Origin: Hyphomicrobiales bacterium
Lineage (GTDB): Bacteria > Pseudomonadota > Alphaproteobacteria > Rhizobiales > OSC116
Direction: 5' to 3'
DNA length: 64,000 bases
NCBI GenBank assembly: GCA_016744975.1
Contig: JADGDI010000004.1
Location: 8,159 to 72,158, forward strand
The notes under the pieces are model-generated. The model worked only from the letters and a program-made list of their open reading frames with translations, did no database searches and had not been told where the DNA came from. This document shows positions 62,455 to 64,000 of the stretch, piece after piece. The first letter of the stretch is position 1. Every line of letters begins with the position of its first letter. A program made the position numbers and the translations under genes.

Positions 62455-63447
62455 TTAATATTTTGCGATCTTATGTGCGATTTGTTTATATTGATCATTT
62501 TCAATCTTAAAAATATAACTTAAATCTTGAACGCTGATATAATTTGCACCAGATTCGCTTAAATAGTCAACAATGCCAAAAACATCGGCCTTATCGGCGA
62601 CGATACTTAATGCACCTTGAATGGGAGTGATGCCATCATTAAATGGTAGCTCACATTTAAAAGTATCGCGTAAATGTTGAATATTGTTGGCATTTAGAGC
62701 GCTAACATTACATTTAATCTCTTGCTTATAACGCGCAGATTGTTCTGCTGCGGTCAATTGTAGGAGTTTTTCAAGTGCTCGATGTGCATTGTTATGCCAA
62801 TTTGCAGCATAGGATAGGGTCAAATTTGCTTCACTACGCAAAATGACACCATCATCTAATATCTTTAAACTATTGGCAGCTAAGGTTGAGCCAGTGGACG
62901 TGATGTCAACAATCAACTCGGCGCTACCTGCAGCTGGTGCTCCCTCGGTTGCGCCAGCACTAGCAACCAGACGATAATTTTCAATGTTAAAGCTTGCAAA
63001 AAAATCGGCTGTTAATTTATTATATTTTGTGGCAATGCGCAACCTTCGGCCATGATCTTCTCGGAAATGGTTGGCAACTTCACCCAAATCATGCATGTGG
63101 TTAACATCGATCCAGCTTTGCGGGACGGCAACAATAACATTGGCGCGGCCAAAGCCAAGTGGGTTTAATATTTCTATTTTACGCTCGATATCATGAATAT
63201 TCTCGGCCAATAAATCTTCGCCAGTCACGCCTAAATGAACCATACCATCATCTAAGGCTTTGGCAATTTCAGAAGCGCTTAGAAAGGCGATTTCAACATT
63301 GTCTAAGCCCTTAAGTACTCCACGATAACCACGTATGCCTTGGTTTCGGTTGATTTTCAAGCCCAGATTTTCGAAAAAACTTTGAGTGTTTTCTTGCAAG
63401 CGCCCTTTGCTTGGAATGGCAATAACCAATTTGTCTGAATTAAGCAT
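62455..63447 (-). CDS. hisG: ATP phosphoribosyltransferase catalytic subunit HisG, with a C-terminal extension
   Basis: LVIAIPSKGRL, GVTGEDLL, ELIVDITSTGSTLAANSLK. ~110 extra C-terminal residues end in a HisG_C-like ...SESGANYISVQDLSYIF. ATG 63447 lies 1 nt after the hisZ stop; an alternative ATG lies at 63462. Confidence 0.88.
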   Translation of the reverse strand: MLNSDKLVIAIPSKGRLQENTQSFFENLGLKINRNQGIRGYRGVLKGLDNVEIAFLSASEIAKALDDGMVHLGVTGEDLLAENIHDIERKIEILNPLGFGRANVIVAVPQSWIDVNHMHDLGEVANHFREDHGRRLRIATKYNKLTADFFASFNIENYRLVASAGATEGAPAAGSAELIVDITSTGSTLAANSLKILDDGVILRSEANLTLSYAANWHNNAHRALEKLLQLTAAEQSARYKQEIKCNVSALNANNIQHLRDTFKCELPFNDGITPIQGALSIVADKADVFGIVDYLSESGANYISVQDLSYIFKIENDQYKQIAHKIAKY

Positions 63448-63448
63448 T

Positions 63449-64000
63449 TCAACCCTTTCCAAGCGGTAGGTTATTGACTGTGATTAATTGCGCAATCCGC
63501 GCATTCCACAGTGATGCACCAACTGCATTGACCTGCGTTTCGCCGCCCAATTGTTCGGCCAAGGCATCATATCGCCCACCAGCAATTAGAGGTGCATCCA
63601 CGCGTTTGACATTATCAATAATTTCAAAAACCATGCCTGTATAATAGTCAAAACCACGGCCTAAAACGGTACTGAATTGAATTTCTGTTTTGCTATAACC
63701 TTTAATATTTAAGGCATCAACTGCATCAAATCTTTTTTGTAATTGATCGATGTCAGCATCTAATTTTAATGTATGTTTTATATTAAGCTGGTCTAATTGC
63801 TCAACAGCCACTTCTGCGCAATCATTAATAGCAAAAAATGCGTATAAAATTTGCAATATATGATCAGGCAAAACTGGGGTGGCACTTAAGGCCGCTTGAT
63901 CTAAAAATCGCTTTGCAATTTGCGCAGCACTGCGCCCACCAACCAAGTCAATGCCACTAAAGCTAAGTACATTTTCAACCAAGCTTTGCGCATCGTCAAT
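63449..64000 (-). CDS. hisZ: ATP phosphoribosyltransferase regulatory subunit HisZ (C-terminal part; 5' end outside the window)
   Basis: The frame is open to the window edge. Class II aaRS-like motif LGRGFDYYTGMVFE, then IAGGRYD. Directly upstream of hisG. Confidence 0.85.
   Translation of the reverse strand: MDDAQSLVENVLSFSGIDLVGGRSAAQIAKRFLDQAALSATPVLPDHILQILYAFFAINDCAEVAVEQLDQLNIKHTLKLDADIDQLQKRFDAVDALNIKGYSKTEIQFSTVLGRGFDYYTGMVFEIIDNVKRVDAPLIAGGRYDALAEQLGGETQVNAVGASLWNARIAQLITVNNLPLGKG

Overview
AT-rich (by eye) chromosomal segment with alphaproteobacterial-type gene content and order, covering the dnaA neighbourhood. Left to right: the 3' end of a PaaN-like aldehyde dehydrogenase, a GIN/DUF2807-type beta-helix membrane protein, an APH(6)-like kinase, PBP1A, gyrB, ubiB-ubiE, mutM, rpsT, a rhodanese ORF and dnaA-dnaN-recF. 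Then a TetR/membrane-protein divergon, recR-ybaB-dnaX preceded by SRP RNA (ffs), pheA, a CycM-like cytochrome c, a ghrA-like dehydrogenase, MarR and GntR regulators, two TadE-like ORFs, rmuC and a TRAP transporter. Then def-fmt, trkH, metZ, a long DCD-family deaminase, xth, bioA, lolA, ftsK, an aminotransferase, amt, rpoN-hpf-ptsN, an RNase D-like exonuclease, an NDUFA9-like protein, uppP, a GST, queG, infC-rpmI-rplT-pheS-pheT, two small paralogous membrane proteins and hisZ-hisG. I see no rRNA, tRNA, transposase, integrase, phage, cas or recognisable defence genes. I cannot support a claim of a novel multi-gene system; this is mostly core housekeeping DNA. The observations most worth a second look are: (i) recF has no canonical start codon upstream of its Walker A motif, and probably starts at an ATC with a good Shine-Dalgarno; (ii) three unrelated perfect tandem-repeat arrays (20 bp x ~4 upstream of dnaA, 20 bp x 5-7 between fmt and trkH, 22 bp x 2 duplicating the 3' end of ffs); (iii) a GC-rich ~96-bp element present twice between the dcd-like gene and xth; (iv) a tandem pair of paralogous small two-TM proteins; (v) a long-form-like HisG next to HisZ; (vi) an orphan TadE-like gene pair. 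Start sites were judged by eye, and family calls rest on remembered motifs, not on database searches.
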